A stretch of DNA of 64,000 nt from Candidatus Latescibacterota bacterium (lineage in GTDB: Bacteria; Latescibacterota; UBA2968; UBA8231), in contig CBDETY010000003.1 in the NCBI GenBank assembly GCA_965243025.1, forward strand, positions 4,192,001 to 4,256,000, in the 5' to 3' direction. A program made the position numbers and the translations under genes. The first letter of the stretch is position 1. Each line of letters begins with the position of its first letter. The notes below the pieces were generated by a model. That model did no database searches, had not been told where the DNA came from, and was given only the letters and a program-made list of their open reading frames with translations. Below, piece by piece: positions 11,041 through 23,549 of this stretch.

Positions 11041-11916
11041 CTACTGCGCTACTGCCTCGGCGCCTCCGACTATGTCCATCAGCTCGAGGGTGATGGAAGC
11101 CTGGCGCTCCTTGTTCATCTCCCGCGTCAGTTCTTCGATGATCTCGCCGGCGTTTTTCGTCGCGTTGTCCATCGCCGTCATCTGGGCGGCGTAGAAACCG
11201 GCGTTCGATTCGAGCAGGGCGCGCCAGATCTGCACGTTGACCTGGCGCGGAACCAGCTGTTCGAGCAGGACGGCAGGCTCCGGTTCGAACAGGTAGTCCC
11301 GGCTCGAATCCTCGCCCTCCGCGTCGGCCTCCCCTTCCTCCGGGGGAACTATCGGCAGCAGCTGGGTGATCACGGGCACCTGCTGCGAAACCGAGCGGAA
11401 CTCGCTGAACACGAGCGACACGCGGCCGACCTCCCCGTCGCGAAACCGCTGCATCAGGTCATGGCCGATCGCGACTGCCTGCGAGTAGTCGAGGGCCCGG
11501 AACAGGTCGGGGTAGTCGAGGGCTGCCTCGAAGCCGCGGCTGCGGAAATAGTCGCGCCCCTTGCGGCCGATGGTCACCAGATTGACGGAATCGGGACCGG
11601 CCTGCTGAAGCTCGCTCTGCGCGCGCCGGCAGATGTTGCCGTTGAAGCCACCGCACAGGCCCCGGTCCGCCGTGACCACGACCAGCAGCTCACGCCCCTC
11701 CCTGCTCTCGGCGAGCAGCGCGTGCTGCGAGGTGTCGACGCTCCCCTGCAGGCGCCGCAGGACGAGGTCGAGCTGAACGGCATACGGTCTCGCCGCCAGG
11801 ATGGCATCCTGCGCGCGCCGCATCTTCGCCGCCGCCACCATCTGCATCGCGTTGGTGACGCGCTGAATGTTGGAGATGCTGGCGACGCGGGTGCGAAGCT
11901 CGCGCAGGGTGGCCAT
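11041..11916 (-). CDS. atpG: ATP synthase F1 gamma
   Basis: AMQMVAAAK, DRGLCGGFN, MTAMDNAT, RQASIT. Confidence 0.97.
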   Translation of the reverse strand: MATLRELRTRVASISNIQRVTNAMQMVAAAKMRRAQDAILAARPYAVQLDLVLRRLQGSVDTSQHALLAESREGRELLVVVTADRGLCGGFNGNICRRAQSELQQAGPDSVNLVTIGRKGRDYFRSRGFEAALDYPDLFRALDYSQAVAIGHDLMQRFRDGEVGRVSLVFSEFRSVSQQVPVITQLLPIVPPEEGEADAEGEDSSRDYLFEPEPAVLLEQLVPRQVNVQIWRALLESNAGFYAAQMTAMDNATKNAGEIIEELTREMNKERQASITLELMDIVGGAEAVAQ

Positions 11917-11932
11917 CGATCAGTCTTCGCCC

Positions 11933-13459
11933 TCAGCCCTCCGAGGGGCGGAAACCGCGTTTGAATTCCTCGATGGCGCCGGCGAGCGTCTCCTTCGTTC
12001 CGTCGTCGAGATCGCGGCTCTCCCTGATTTTGCGCATCAGGTCGGGCTGGCGGTCGCGCATGTGGGCGAGGAGCTCAACCTCGAAGCGGAGCACCTCCGC
12101 GGTCGGCAGATCGAGCACGTGGTCTATGGCCGACAGGGCCACCGTTTCCTCTTCGAGGGACTGCGGGGAATACTGCCCCTGCTTGAGGATCTCCATCAGC
12201 TTCTCGCCGCGGTTGAGCAGGTTGCGCGTCGACTGGTCGAGGTCCGAGGTCCCGAACTGGGCGAACGCCTTCACCTCGTTGTAGCGCGAGATGTCCCCCT
12301 TGATCGTGCGGGCAACCGCCTTCATCGCCTTCGTCTGGGCGTCGCTGCCGACACGGGACACCGAGGCGCCGACATCCATCGCCGGCCTGTTGCCGCTGTA
12401 GAACAGTTCCGGTTTGAGCAGGATCTGGCCGTCGGTGATCGAGATGACGTTTGTCGGCACGAAAGTCGAGACGTCCCCCTCGAGGATCTCGATCACAGGG
12501 AGCGCCGTCAGCGAGCCGCCACCCTTTTCGTCGCTCATTTTCGCGGCGCGCTCCAGCAGCCGCGAGTGCAGGTAGAAGACGTCGCCGGGGTAGGCTTCGC
12601 GGCCCGGCGGGCGCCGCAGCACCAGGGACATCTCCCGGTACGCCCATGCCTGTTTCGAGAGATCGTCGTAGATGATCAGGGCGTGCTGCCCGTTGTCGCG
12701 GAAGTACTCCCCCATCGAAGCCCCCGCGTACGGAGCGAGGAACTGCAGCGGCGCCGGGTCGGAAGCGGTCGCCGACACAACGACGGTGTACTCCATGGCT
12801 CCGTTCGCCTCGAGCTCGGCGACGACCTTGGCCACGGTCGACGCCTTCTGGCCGATGGCGACGTATATGCACTTAACGTCCTGGTCGTGCTGGTTGATGA
12901 TCGTATCGACGGCGATCGCCGTCTTTCCGGTCTGGCGGTCCCCGATGATGAGCTCGCGCTGTCCGCGTCCGATCGGAACCGTGGCATCGATGATCTTGAT
13001 GCCTGTCTGCAGGGCCTCGTGTACCGGCTGGCGTTCGATGACCCCGGGGGCCTTGCGCTCGACGGGGAGCGTGCGGCCGGCGTCGACCTCACCCTTGCCG
13101 TCGATCGGCTGGCCCAGGGGGTTGACGACTCTCCCGAGGAGCTCTTCCCCCACCGGCACCTCGACGATGCGGCCGGTGCGTTTCACCCGGTCCCCTTCGT
13201 TGATCAGGGTGTCGTCGCCGAAGAGCACGCAGCCGACGTTGTCCTCCTCGAGGTTGAGAGCCATGCCCATGATGCCGTGCGGGAACTCCACGAGTTCGGT
13301 AGCGCGGGCGTTGGACAATCCGTGCACGCGCGCGATCCCGTCCCCGACGTACAGGACCGTCCCGGTTTCGTATACGTCTATCTCCTTTTCGAATCCCGAC
13401 AGCTGTTGCTTGAGAATCCGGGATATCTCGTCAGGTTGAACCATTGCCTCTGCGGGCAT
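11933..13459 (-). CDS. atpA: ATP synthase F1 alpha
   Basis: [29 protein letters not shown]; AGGAGG RBS. Confidence 0.98.
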   Translation of the reverse strand: MPAEAMVQPDEISRILKQQLSGFEKEIDVYETGTVLYVGDGIARVHGLSNARATELVEFPHGIMGMALNLEEDNVGCVLFGDDTLINEGDRVKRTGRIVEVPVGEELLGRVVNPLGQPIDGKGEVDAGRTLPVERKAPGVIERQPVHEALQTGIKIIDATVPIGRGQRELIIGDRQTGKTAIAVDTIINQHDQDVKCIYVAIGQKASTVAKVVAELEANGAMEYTVVVSATASDPAPLQFLAPYAGASMGEYFRDNGQHALIIYDDLSKQAWAYREMSLVLRRPPGREAYPGDVFYLHSRLLERAAKMSDEKGGGSLTALPVIEILEGDVSTFVPTNVISITDGQILLKPELFYSGNRPAMDVGASVSRVGSDAQTKAMKAVARTIKGDISRYNEVKAFAQFGTSDLDQSTRNLLNRGEKLMEILKQGQYSPQSLEEETVALSAIDHVLDLPTAEVLRFEVELLAHMRDRQPDLMRKIRESRDLDDGTKETLAGAIEEFKRGFRPSEG

Positions 13460-13517
13460 CGTCTACATCCTCCTGCGCTCGGTATCGAATACGGTATTTG
13501 CCGCCACTGCCCCTCCC

Positions 13518-14059
13518 TCACGCCTCCATCAGGCGCGCGCGCAGACGCTCGAGCTGAGTTTCCACAGAACCGTCGAACACGAGATCGTCGACCCGGGCGA
13601 CCAGACCTCCCCCGAGGCCGGGATCGACGCTCGCGTCGAGGCGGATCCGCAGCCCCGTGTACGCCGCCAGCCGCCCCCGCAGGCGCTCTTCCTGCTCAGG
13701 CGTCAACGCCACGGCGGAGGTGACCTGCGCCGTGGCCATCCCCGACCGCCGGTCCAGGAGGTCGAGGAACCCGCGCGCGATTTCGGGCAGCAGGCCGATG
13801 CGGCGGCGCTCCACAAGCAGTCTGAGGAAGTTGAGGGTCAATGGCTGAACCCTGCCGCTGAACAAGGCCTCGAGGCCGGACCGCTTGGCCTCGGGCTGAA
13901 GCAGCGATTACGCAGGAACTCAGCCAGCTCGTCCGAACCTCGCAGGGCAGCCTCCAGGCCCTCGATGTCGCGGCGAATCTCCTCCTCGCCGACACCGCTC
14001 TCTTGCGAAGCTTCGAGCAGCGTGACGGCGTACCTGCGGACGACTTCCTGGGCTCTCAC
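13518..14059 (-). CDS. atpH: ATP synthase F1 delta, split by a 1-bp frameshift near 13905 (probable sequencing error)
   Basis: ORF 13838-14059 (RRYAVTLLE) plus ORF 13518-13865 (NFLRLLVERRR...VDPGLGGGLVARVDDLVFDGSV). Adding one C (AAT C[C]G CTG) joins them as RNPLLQPEAKRSGLEALFS. Confidence 0.9.
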
Positions 14060-14097
14060 GAGTGCGAACTACCCCGCATCTGCTTCAGGTCCCCAGG

Positions 14098-14595
14098 TCA
14101 TCGCGGGGGATCCTCGGGAACACCCGCGATCAGGTCGTCGACGAGACGGCGATTTCGCTCGTCGTCGAGATTGGCGTCAAGAATCTCCCCGGCGGCGCGC
14201 ACCGCGAGGTCGGCGACTTCCCGGCGCAGCTCCCCCAGGGCGGCGAGTTTTTCGCTCTCAATGGTCCGGCGCGCCTGCTCCAGGGTCTGCTCGGCCTCCC
14301 GGCGAGCCTCGGAGACCAGGTCGGAACGCACCCGCTCGGCTGCTTCCCGCGCCTGGGCGACGATGTCGCGGGCTTCGGCCTCTGCCCCGGCGAGCACCTT
14401 CTGGTTTTCCGCCAGGGTGGCCCGGGCTTCGTCGCGCGCCTTTTCCGCTCCCTCCAGAGCTTCGCGAATCCGCCGCTGGCGCTCGTCCAGGGCTTCGAGC
14501 AGAGGCGTCCACACGAATCGCTTGAGAACAACCAGCACCACCACGAATGTGATTATCGTCCAGGCAATCAGGCCTGCGTGAGGCTCCAGCAACAT
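14098..14595 (-). CDS. atpF: ATP synthase F0 subunit b
   Basis: N-terminal TM helix, FVWTPLLEALDERQ, long charged helix. Confidence 0.95.
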   Translation of the reverse strand: MLLEPHAGLIAWTIITFVVVLVVLKRFVWTPLLEALDERQRRIREALEGAEKARDEARATLAENQKVLAGAEAEARDIVAQAREAAERVRSDLVSEARREAEQTLEQARRTIESEKLAALGELRREVADLAVRAAGEILDANLDDERNRRLVDDLIAGVPEDPPR

Positions 14596-14762
14596 GATCC
14601 GCCCTTAAAGTTTTGTGTCCTGTCAGGTAAGCCCCGCTGCGTCGCTCGAATCCGTGATGAGCACCCGGCGCTGGGCATGGCCGTGCAAACCGGCGCCAGA
14701 CTGGCTGCCTCCCTGGTCCGGCTCCGATTCTCTGCCACGGACTCCTGCGAGCACAGGCGTCC

Positions 14763-15023
<261 letters not shown>

Positions 15024-15046
15024 TCAGCTGGGGGCCGCGGTCTCCG

Positions 15047-15880
15047 TCAGTGATCGGGGTGGGCGGCCATGTTGATGAAAAGCGCCGACAACAGGGTGAA
15101 AATGAATGCCTGCACGAAGGCAATGAAGATTTCGAACAGGTATATCGCGGCGGCGAAAACCACCGACACCGGCGCGAGGAAATAGCTCTTGAACATTATG
15201 ATCATCGCCAGGAACACCAGTATGGCGACGTGCCCGGCGATCATGTTGGCGAACAGGCGGATGCACAGCGCAAACGGCTTTACCAGCATGCCGAGAACTT
15301 CGATGGGAACCATGATCGGCAGCAGCCAGACCGGCATGCCGGACGGCACCAGGCTTTTGGCGTAACCGAGGGGACCGTTGTTGGCGATTCCCACCACCTG
15401 CGTTATGCCGAAGGTTACCAGGGCAAGGGCCGCGGTGACCGACACGTTGCCGGTAGCGGTTGCGCTGTAGGGTATCAGTCCGAGAAGGTTGAGGAACAGG
15501 ATGAAGAAGAAGAGGGTCAGGAAAAACGGCAGGAACGGTTTGCCGTGATCCCCCATCACCGGTTGCACGACTTCGTCGCGTATGAACAGGATGATCGCTT
15601 CGAAAAAGTTGGCGAGGCCGCCGGGAACGAGGCCCGGCTTGCGGAAGGCGCTGACGAGCAGGGCGATCAGCAGGGCGCTGGCCACCCACATCACCACGAC
15701 GTGGCGGGTGATGGAAAGGTCTATGCCGAAAACCGGTTCGAACTGAGGAAGCTCTATTCTGCCGTCGAGGATATGGTGGGCATTGATGAAGGGCACCTCC
15801 AGATGCCCGGCATCCATGACGTGCCCGATGATATCTATTTTTCCATCCGCGGCGTCAGCCGCGCTCGCATCGCTTGCCAT
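15047..15880 (-). CDS. atpB: ATP synthase F0 subunit a
   Basis: KPFALCIRLFANMIAGH, QAFIFTLLS. Confidence 0.97.
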   Translation of the reverse strand: MASDASAADAADGKIDIIGHVMDAGHLEVPFINAHHILDGRIELPQFEPVFGIDLSITRHVVVMWVASALLIALLVSAFRKPGLVPGGLANFFEAIILFIRDEVVQPVMGDHGKPFLPFFLTLFFFILFLNLLGLIPYSATATGNVSVTAALALVTFGITQVVGIANNGPLGYAKSLVPSGMPVWLLPIMVPIEVLGMLVKPFALCIRLFANMIAGHVAILVFLAMIIMFKSYFLAPVSVVFAAAIYLFEIFIAFVQAFIFTLLSALFINMAAHPDH

Positions 15881-15995
15881 TCAACCCAGACTCGATGGCT
15901 ACCGGTAACGGCACTGTTTTATTTGCGGAAACGAACCGGAAAACTTCCACTGCGGAATGTTCAGCCGGGTAAACTTAATGGGGCCCCGGCTTCTG

Positions 15996-16334
15996 TCAAA
16001 TGCCGCGATCTCCACCTTGCGAATCAGGGTTCGCGGCGGCTCGGGGACGGGTGCGCTCGTTTTCGCGCCTGCGGATGACGAAGGCGATCTCCGCAATCTG
16101 GAAGGCGAGAAACGCCGCTGCGAATGCGGCGGCGAAAGGGGCCTTGTGCACGGCGGTGAACTTGAAGATCAGGGCCAGCGCCAGTCCTGTCGCCAGCAGG
16201 CGCACAACCATGCCGCCGAGGAACACCTGCACGAGGAGGGCCGGGCTGCGTTTCCAGGACCACTGTATGGTCAGCCACGAGACAGAGGCGTAAACGGCGG
16301 CCAGCGCCAGACCGGAGAGAACGCTCTCCCACAT
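15996..16334 (-). CDS. atpI: ATP synthase protein I-like membrane protein
   Basis: Hydrophobic 112 aa with GGMVVRL motif, directly upstream of atpB. Confidence 0.65.
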   Translation of the reverse strand: MWESVLSGLALAAVYASVSWLTIQWSWKRSPALLVQVFLGGMVVRLLATGLALALIFKFTAVHKAPFAAAFAAAFLAFQIAEIAFVIRRRENERTRPRAAANPDSQGGDRGI

Positions 16335-16624
16335 CAGCGCGGGGTCCCTCCTCTACCGGGTTCGCCCTTTTCGCCGGTGCCGCTCCCGAGACTGCGTACG
16401 AGATACCAGAAACCGGCTGCGGCTCCGGCCAGGCATCCGGCGATCAGCAGCAGCGGCGAGGTTCCGAGCTTGCCGTCGAGCCACCAGCCGGCGAACAGCC
16501 CGGCGGCGATCGCGGCGGCAAACTGAAAGCCGGATCCGATGTAGACTCCGGCCTGCGCGAAAGAGCCGAGAGCCTTGCGAGGCTGGCTCTTTTCATCCGG
16601 GCTGGTTGAATCGGAGTCCGCCAT
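16334..16624 (-). CDS. AtpZ/AtpI family membrane protein
   Basis: GLFAGWWLDGKLGTSPLLLIAGCLAG motif. Start ATG 16624. Confidence 0.85.
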   Translation of the reverse strand: MADSDSTSPDEKSQPRKALGSFAQAGVYIGSGFQFAAAIAAGLFAGWWLDGKLGTSPLLLIAGCLAGAAAGFWYLVRSLGSGTGEKGEPGRGGTPR

Positions 16625-16820
16625 CTTCTGAACCTGCAGCAAAAAAGAGGTTTCGACCGGGATGCGCTGGCGCCTCGGCAGGTCGGTCAGGATCTCCGGG
16701 CGGAACCGGGGTGGGAGTTTCGGCGGCCGTTGGGCAACGCCGGAACATGGCCGCTCCCCGCGCCCCCGGGGAAGCCCGGTCATCGACGGATCCCGCGGCC
16801 CCCGCGGCGATCCGTCCCGG

Positions 16821-17060
16821 CTACCGGCTGACCGCCTCTGTCGACTCCAACGGCGGCCGGTACACGGAGCCTTCCCGGCCACCGGCGCAGGCATCCCCTT
16901 CCGCGGCCCCGCACTCGCACATCGGCTCCCCCAACTCGTCGCGCATGGCGCCGAGGCCGCCGCACGAACCCTTGATGGTGCGGTTTCCGAGGATGACTCC
17001 GACCGCCATCGCCACGACGACGAGAGCGAAAACCAGGAGGGCTGAGAGGAAAGTGTCCAT
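16821..17060 (-). CDS. nqrM: Na+-NQR maturation protein NqrM
   Basis: TM helix then MAVGVI...IKGSCGGL and Cys-rich tail, downstream of nqrF. Confidence 0.88.
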   Translation of the reverse strand: MDTFLSALLVFALVVVAMAVGVILGNRTIKGSCGGLGAMRDELGEPMCECGAAEGDACAGGREGSVYRPPLESTEAVSR

Positions 17061-17148
17061 CGAACCTCACCGGCCGCGGTGGAAGGCGCGCGGCGTTGCC
17101 CGCCCGGGCTGCTTCCGTCCGGGTCGGGTGAATCCGTTTTCCCGGGCC

Positions 17149-18390
17149 CTAGGAACCGAAGTCGTCGAAGCGGATCATCTCCTCTTCGACGCCCAGGTCG
17201 TCGAGCATGCGCAGCACCGCCTGCAACATCATCGGCGGCCCGCACAGGTAGTACTCGACGTCTTCGGGAGCCGGGTGCTTGCTCAGGTACTCCTCGAGCA
17301 CCACCTGGTGAATGAAGCCGGTGTGCCCGGTCCAGTTGTCTTCCGGCAGAGGCTCCGACATCGCCACGTGCCAGGAGAAGTTGGGGAAATGCTTCTCGAT
17401 GTCGAGGAAGTGCTCTTCGTAGAACAGCTCCTTGCTCGAGCGCGCCCCGTACCAGTACGAGACCTTGCGTTTCGTCTGCAAGGTGTGGAACAGGTGGAAT
17501 ACGTGGGAGCGCAGCGGGGCCATGCCGGCGCCGCCGCCGATGTAGACCATCTCGCGGTCGGTGTCCTGAATGAAGAACTCCCCGTAGGGTCCGGAGATCG
17601 TCACCTTGTCCCCCGGCTTCAGTTTGAAGGTATAGGACGATACCACACCGGGGTTCACTTTTTCCCAGGTTCCGGTCGCCCGGTCGACGGGAGGAGTGGC
17701 GATGCGGATGTTGAGCATCATCATGTTCCCCTCGGCCGGGTGGTTGGCCATCGAATAGGCGCGGAAGACGGGATCGCGATTGACGGTGCGCAGGTTCCAG
17801 ACGTTGAACCGGTCCCAGTCTTCATGGAAACGCTCGTCGACGTCGAATTCGCGGAAGCTGCACTCGAACGGAGGCACCTCGATCTGGATGAATCCGCCGG
17901 ACTCGAAATCGAGAATTTCCCCCTCGGGCAGCTTGAGGACGAGCTCCTTGATGAATGTGGCGACGTTGTCGTTCGACACCACCTCGCACTCCCAGCGCCG
18001 CACCGAGAAGACCTCGGCCGGCACCTCGATCTTCATGTCCTGCTTGACGGTGACCTGGCAGGAGAGCCGGTCCCCCTCACGCGCCTCGCGGGGGGTGATA
18101 TGCTCGAGCTCGGTGGCCAGGATGTCTCCACCCCCATCGTGCACCTGGACCCGGCACTGGGCGCAGGTGCCGCCTCCACCGCAGGCCGAGGAGACGTAAA
18201 TCTCGTTGTCGGCGAGGACATTGAGCAGCTTGCCCCCGGCCGGTACCGACAGCGAGCGGTCTTCGTCCTCGTTGATCAGAATACTCACATCCCCGGTAGC
18301 CACGAGCCTGGACCGGGCGACGAGGATGATCCCCACCAGCATGAGGACCACCCCGCTGAACATACCTACTCCGGAGACGATCTCAGTCAT
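17149..18390 (-). CDS. nqrF: Na+-translocating NADH:quinone reductase subunit F
   Basis: [12 protein letters not shown] [2Fe-2S], [23 protein letters not shown]. Confidence 0.97.
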   Translation of the reverse strand: MTEIVSGVGMFSGVVLMLVGIILVARSRLVATGDVSILINEDEDRSLSVPAGGKLLNVLADNEIYVSSACGGGGTCAQCRVQVHDGGGDILATELEHITPREAREGDRLSCQVTVKQDMKIEVPAEVFSVRRWECEVVSNDNVATFIKELVLKLPEGEILDFESGGFIQIEVPPFECSFREFDVDERFHEDWDRFNVWNLRTVNRDPVFRAYSMANHPAEGNMMMLNIRIATPPVDRATGTWEKVNPGVVSSYTFKLKPGDKVTISGPYGEFFIQDTDREMVYIGGGAGMAPLRSHVFHLFHTLQTKRKVSYWYGARSSKELFYEEHFLDIEKHFPNFSWHVAMSEPLPEDNWTGHTGFIHQVVLEEYLSKHPAPEDVEYYLCGPPMMLQAVLRMLDDLGVEEEMIRFDDFGS

Positions 18391-18425
18391 TCAAGCCAAC
18401 TGTCCCTGAAAAGAAAGCGGATGCA

Positions 18426-19037
18426 TTAAAGCTGGATTCCCGAAAAGGCCATGAACGCCATCGCCATGAGTCCGACGGTCATGAAGGTGATGCCCAGGCC
18501 GCGCAGCCCCGGAGGCACGTCGCTGTACTTGAGCTTTTCGCGGATTCCCGCCAGGGCGACGATCGCCAGGGCCCACCCGACTCCCGAACCGAGTCCGAAG
18601 ATCACGCTCTCGCCGAAGTTGTAGTCGCGCTCGACCATGAACAGCGATCCCCCGAGGATGGCGCAGTTGACGGTGATCAGCGGCAGAAAGATGCCGAGGG
18701 CGTTGTAAAGGGCGGGGACGTACTTGTCGAGGAACATCTCGAGGATCTGGACGCTGGCCGCGATCACCCCGATGTAGCTGATCAGTCCGACGAAGGTGAG
18801 ATCGACTCCGGTGAGCCCCGCCCATGCCAGGGCGTCGGCCTTGAGCAGGTGCTGGTAGACCAGGTTGTTGATCGGGACGGTGATTCCCTGCACGACAATC
18901 ACGGCCACCCCGAGGCCGAACGCCGTCGAGACCCGTTTCGACACCGCCAGGAAGGTGCACATCCCGAGAAAGAAGGCGAGGGCGATGTTCTCGACGAACA
19001 CCGCTTTCACGAACAGGTTCAGGTAGGCTTCCAGCAT
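18426..19037 (-). CDS. nqrE: Na+-NQR subunit E
   Basis: [29 protein letters not shown]. Confidence 0.97.
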   Translation of the reverse strand: MLEAYLNLFVKAVFVENIALAFFLGMCTFLAVSKRVSTAFGLGVAVIVVQGITVPINNLVYQHLLKADALAWAGLTGVDLTFVGLISYIGVIAASVQILEMFLDKYVPALYNALGIFLPLITVNCAILGGSLFMVERDYNFGESVIFGLGSGVGWALAIVALAGIREKLKYSDVPPGLRGLGITFMTVGLMAMAFMAFSGIQL

Positions 19038-19663
19038 CAGTGACCTTCCTTTTCAATCTGTTCCTTCTTGAACGAACGCAGGACCCAGATGAAGACCCCG
19101 ATGATGAAAAACGCGCTCGGGGGCAGGAGCATCAGCCCGTTGGGAGCGTACCATCCTCCTTCCGTCGCGAGCCTCAACACCTCGATCCCCATCAGCTTGC
19201 CGGAGCCGAACAACTCCCGGAACACCCCTACCACCAGGAGAATGAGGCTGTAACCCAGGGCGTTGCCGAGCCCGTCGAGCATGCTCGTGAAGAGGCCGTT
19301 CTTCATCGCGAACGCCTCGGCCCGGCCCATTATGATGCAGTTGGTGATGATCAGGCCGACGAACACCGAAAGCTGTTTGCTGATATTGAAGGCGTAGGCG
19401 CGCAGGAACTGATCGACGACGATGACGAGCGAGGCGATTATCGTCATCTGGACGATAATGCGGATGTTGGTCGGGATATGGGCGCGGATGAGGCTGACGG
19501 CGGCATTCGAAAAAACGAGGACGAAGATCACCGCCAGGCACATGGTGATCGAGGTCTCGAGCTTGCTGGTCACCGCGAGGGCCGAGCAGATTCCCAGGAT
19601 CTGCAGGGCGATCGGGTTATCGTCCAGAACGGGGTGCAGCAGCGTTTCCCTGGCTTTACCCAT
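19037..19663 (-). CDS. nqrD: Na+-NQR subunit D
   Basis: [31 protein letters not shown]. Confidence 0.97.
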   Translation of the reverse strand: MGKARETLLHPVLDDNPIALQILGICSALAVTSKLETSITMCLAVIFVLVFSNAAVSLIRAHIPTNIRIIVQMTIIASLVIVVDQFLRAYAFNISKQLSVFVGLIITNCIIMGRAEAFAMKNGLFTSMLDGLGNALGYSLILLVVGVFRELFGSGKLMGIEVLRLATEGGWYAPNGLMLLPPSAFFIIGVFIWVLRSFKKEQIEKEGH

Positions 19664-20435
19664 GGGTTGCTCCTTTTCGCTTCAGGCGGTCGAGGAAGGG
19701 GCCGTACCCGTCCTCGCCCAACCAGTACCGCAGAGTGTTGCTCACACCGCGCGAGGTGATCGTCGCGCCTGAAAGCCCGTCGACCTGGTGGACGGCCCTG
19801 GGGCTGCTGGCGTCCACGAGGCCGCGGAGGACCTCGATGGCGATCCGCCCCTCCTCGTCGAAGGCCCGCTTGCCGTTCCACAGCGCCTTCCAGCGCGGGT
19901 TGTCGACCTCGCCGCCCAGGCCCGGCGTCTCCCCGTGTTCATAGTATACGAGACTGCGGATGGTATTGACGTCCTCGATGTCGAGGGCGAGGAAACCGTA
20001 GAGGGTCGACCACAGTCCCTTGCCGTGAACGGGAAGGATCACCTTGTCGATCTCCCCCTTCCTGTAGACGAGATACACGGCGGCGAGCCTGGCGCGGCGC
20101 TTGATGCCTGCCGGGTCGCGTCCCGCCGGGATGGCGACGCTTTTGTCGGGATCCCGGGCGGCGGCGCGCTGATCGTACTGGTCCGGGTCGATGTCGACGT
20201 ACTCGCCGCTGGCCAGGTCGACCACCTTCTCCTCGATGCTCTCGAACAGCTCGTCGATCGGTCTGCTCTCGTCGAAGAGGCCGGCCGCCGTCAGGATGTT
20301 CCGCTTCTTGTCGAGCAGCTTGTTGATCCCCTGGGTGGGGCGCAGCTTCACCGCGGCGGTGGAAACGAGGAGTGAGCAGACCACGCACAGGGCGGCGGCG
20401 ACGAAGAAGGTCTTGCCGATGGTCTCTTTTGGCAT
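19656..20435 (-). CDS. nqrC: Na+-NQR subunit C
   Basis: [17 protein letters not shown] site [13 protein letters not shown]. Confidence 0.96.
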   Translation of the reverse strand: MPKETIGKTFFVAAALCVVCSLLVSTAAVKLRPTQGINKLLDKKRNILTAAGLFDESRPIDELFESIEEKVVDLASGEYVDIDPDQYDQRAAARDPDKSVAIPAGRDPAGIKRRARLAAVYLVYRKGEIDKVILPVHGKGLWSTLYGFLALDIEDVNTIRSLVYYEHGETPGLGGEVDNPRWKALWNGKRAFDEEGRIAIEVLRGLVDASSPRAVHQVDGLSGATITSRGVSNTLRYWLGEDGYGPFLDRLKRKGATHG

Positions 20436-20456
20436 GGGCTCCGCTCGCCTCCCCCG

Positions 20457-21664
<1,208 letters not shown>

Positions 21665-21750
21665 CTGCGGCGGTCGATCATTTCGGGTTGCGGCCAACTA
21701 CCGGGGCTCCGGCTCGCTGTCAACGGCACGGAAGTCCCGGAGATGCTTCA

Positions 21751-23103
21751 TCAGCCTTCCTTCTCGATTATTTCCAGGTTGTGCCGGAGCAGAGGGCCGT
21801 ACTCGGTTTTGCCGGGGCAGACGAACGTGCACAGCCCGAGATCCTCTTCATCGAGCTCGAGGCAGCCGAGCTGCTGCGCCTGTTCGGTATCGGCGACGAT
21901 CAGGGAACGGAGCAGAAAGGTCGGCAGAATGTCGAGGGGCATGACTCCCTCGTAGGAGCCGACCGGCACCATGGCGCGGATGCTTCCCTCCGTCGACGTG
22001 GTGAAATCGAACTTCCTCGCCGGGGTCAGGCGCGAGGCGAACACGTTCTTGACCGAAAACTTGTCGAATCCCGGTTTCTGCCACCCGAGAAAAACCCGCT
22101 CCCTGCCTTCGCGAAGCGCCGAGACCTGCTGGTGATAGCAGCCGAGGTAGTCCAGGGGGCCGGCGGCGGTGCGGCCGGACAGAACCGATCCCGAAACAAG
22201 GCGGTTGTCGTTCTCCTCGAGCTCCCCGGCGGCCAGCTCGCTGATGCAGGCCCCACGCCTGGTGCGCAGCAGCCGCGGCCGTTTCACCACCGGTCCACCG
22301 AGAGCGACCACGCGCTGAGGCGACAGCCTGCCGGTGGCGAACAGGCGGCCGATTTCCGCCACGTCCTGATAATTGATCCAGAATACAGTCCTGGTCGCCG
22401 ACACCGGATCGAGAAAGTGGATGTGGGTACCTGCCAGTCCCGCCGGGTGCGGACCGGCGAACTCGGCGACGGTGGCGACCCCGCTCCCCTCGGGCACCGC
22501 CGAACCGGGCGCCTTGCACAAAAACAGCTCGCCGTCAGTGACCCTGGCGAGCAGGTCGAGGCCGCGGGAGAATTCCTCCTCCTGACCCTCGAGGACTGCC
22601 GCGGGGTCGGCGGCCAGGGGGTTGGTGTCGATGGCGGTTACGAAGATCGAACGGGGAACCGTATCGGGAGGGGGAACGCGGCTGTAGGGTCGGGTGCGAA
22701 ACGCCGTCCACAAACCCGAAGCGAGGAGCTTTTCGACCACCTGCTCGCGGGAGGAGACCGCCGCTGCGGCGCCGAAATCCACGGCATCGGCGAAGCCGTC
22801 CCCTTCGAGGTCGATGACGACCGACAGCAGGGCGCGTTTGGCTCCCCTGTTTACGGCGGAAACGGTGCCGGTTCCCGGGGAGGTGAAGCGGACGCCCGGC
22901 CTCTTCTTGTCTTCGAAGAGCAGTTGCCCGAGCGCCACGCGGTCCCCTTCCCGGACGGCCATGGTCGGCCGCAGACCGATGAAGTCGGGACCGACCGCCG
23001 CCACCCGGGAAACGGGACGGGCCTCTTCGACTACCTGAACGCAGTCGCCTGTTATTGGAAGGTCGAGGCCTTTCCTGATCGCAAATGACCGCCGCTCGCC
23101 CAT
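21751..23103 (-). CDS. nqrA: Na+-NQR subunit A
   Basis: [39 protein letters not shown]. Confidence 0.96.
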   Translation of the reverse strand: MGERRSFAIRKGLDLPITGDCVQVVEEARPVSRVAAVGPDFIGLRPTMAVREGDRVALGQLLFEDKKRPGVRFTSPGTGTVSAVNRGAKRALLSVVIDLEGDGFADAVDFGAAAAVSSREQVVEKLLASGLWTAFRTRPYSRVPPPDTVPRSIFVTAIDTNPLAADPAAVLEGQEEEFSRGLDLLARVTDGELFLCKAPGSAVPEGSGVATVAEFAGPHPAGLAGTHIHFLDPVSATRTVFWINYQDVAEIGRLFATGRLSPQRVVALGGPVVKRPRLLRTRRGACISELAAGELEENDNRLVSGSVLSGRTAAGPLDYLGCYHQQVSALREGRERVFLGWQKPGFDKFSVKNVFASRLTPARKFDFTTSTEGSIRAMVPVGSYEGVMPLDILPTFLLRSLIVADTEQAQQLGCLELDEEDLGLCTFVCPGKTEYGPLLRHNLEIIEKEG

Positions 23104-23169
23104 TGTCCCGTGAGCTGTTTCCGGTGGAATCTCCGATGATTCTGCAGCAGAAATCGAATCAAGCCTTAC

Positions 23170-23198
23170 AGGCTAAGGCGGCATCGACAGACTGTCAA
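23170..23198 (-). promoter_or_regulatory. sigma70-type promoter of the nqr operon
   Basis: Minus strand TTGACA (23198-23193), 17-bp spacer, TAGCCT (23175-23170), ~65 bp upstream of nqrA. Confidence 0.6.
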
Positions 23199-23549
23199 GC
23201 GCGATGGTCCGGGGTTCCGTGGGCCCATGTTCGGCGGCGAACAGGAGCCCCCGAGCCGGTGTATATTCTCGCATATGTCCGGCCAGAAAAAACGCGTCCC
23301 CATGGCTTTGATCGATCCGCGCAGGGATTCGGCAGCTCTGTGCCCGTTCGCTGCCCCCCCGGGGACCTCCGCGCCCACCGGTTCTCCCAACCCTCGCTCC
23401 CAACCCCGGCGATCCGGGCAGGACAGCGATTCGTTCGGAAACCGTTTTTCCGGCAAATCGCTGGAGGCTGCAGGCGGAACCGGGCGGTCACCCGTCTTCC
23501 ACGCTCCCGCATCCGGGTTCCCGGCAGGGAAACGGAAGGCATTGAGACG

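Noticed and set aside
13900-13910. Programmed frameshifting in atpH or nqrB
   Set aside because: No slippery sequence or stimulatory structure; sequencing error is more parsimonious.
23104-23549. BirA operator upstream of the bio cluster
   Set aside because: The only TGTCAA-like half site is better explained as the nqr -35 box; no matching second half.
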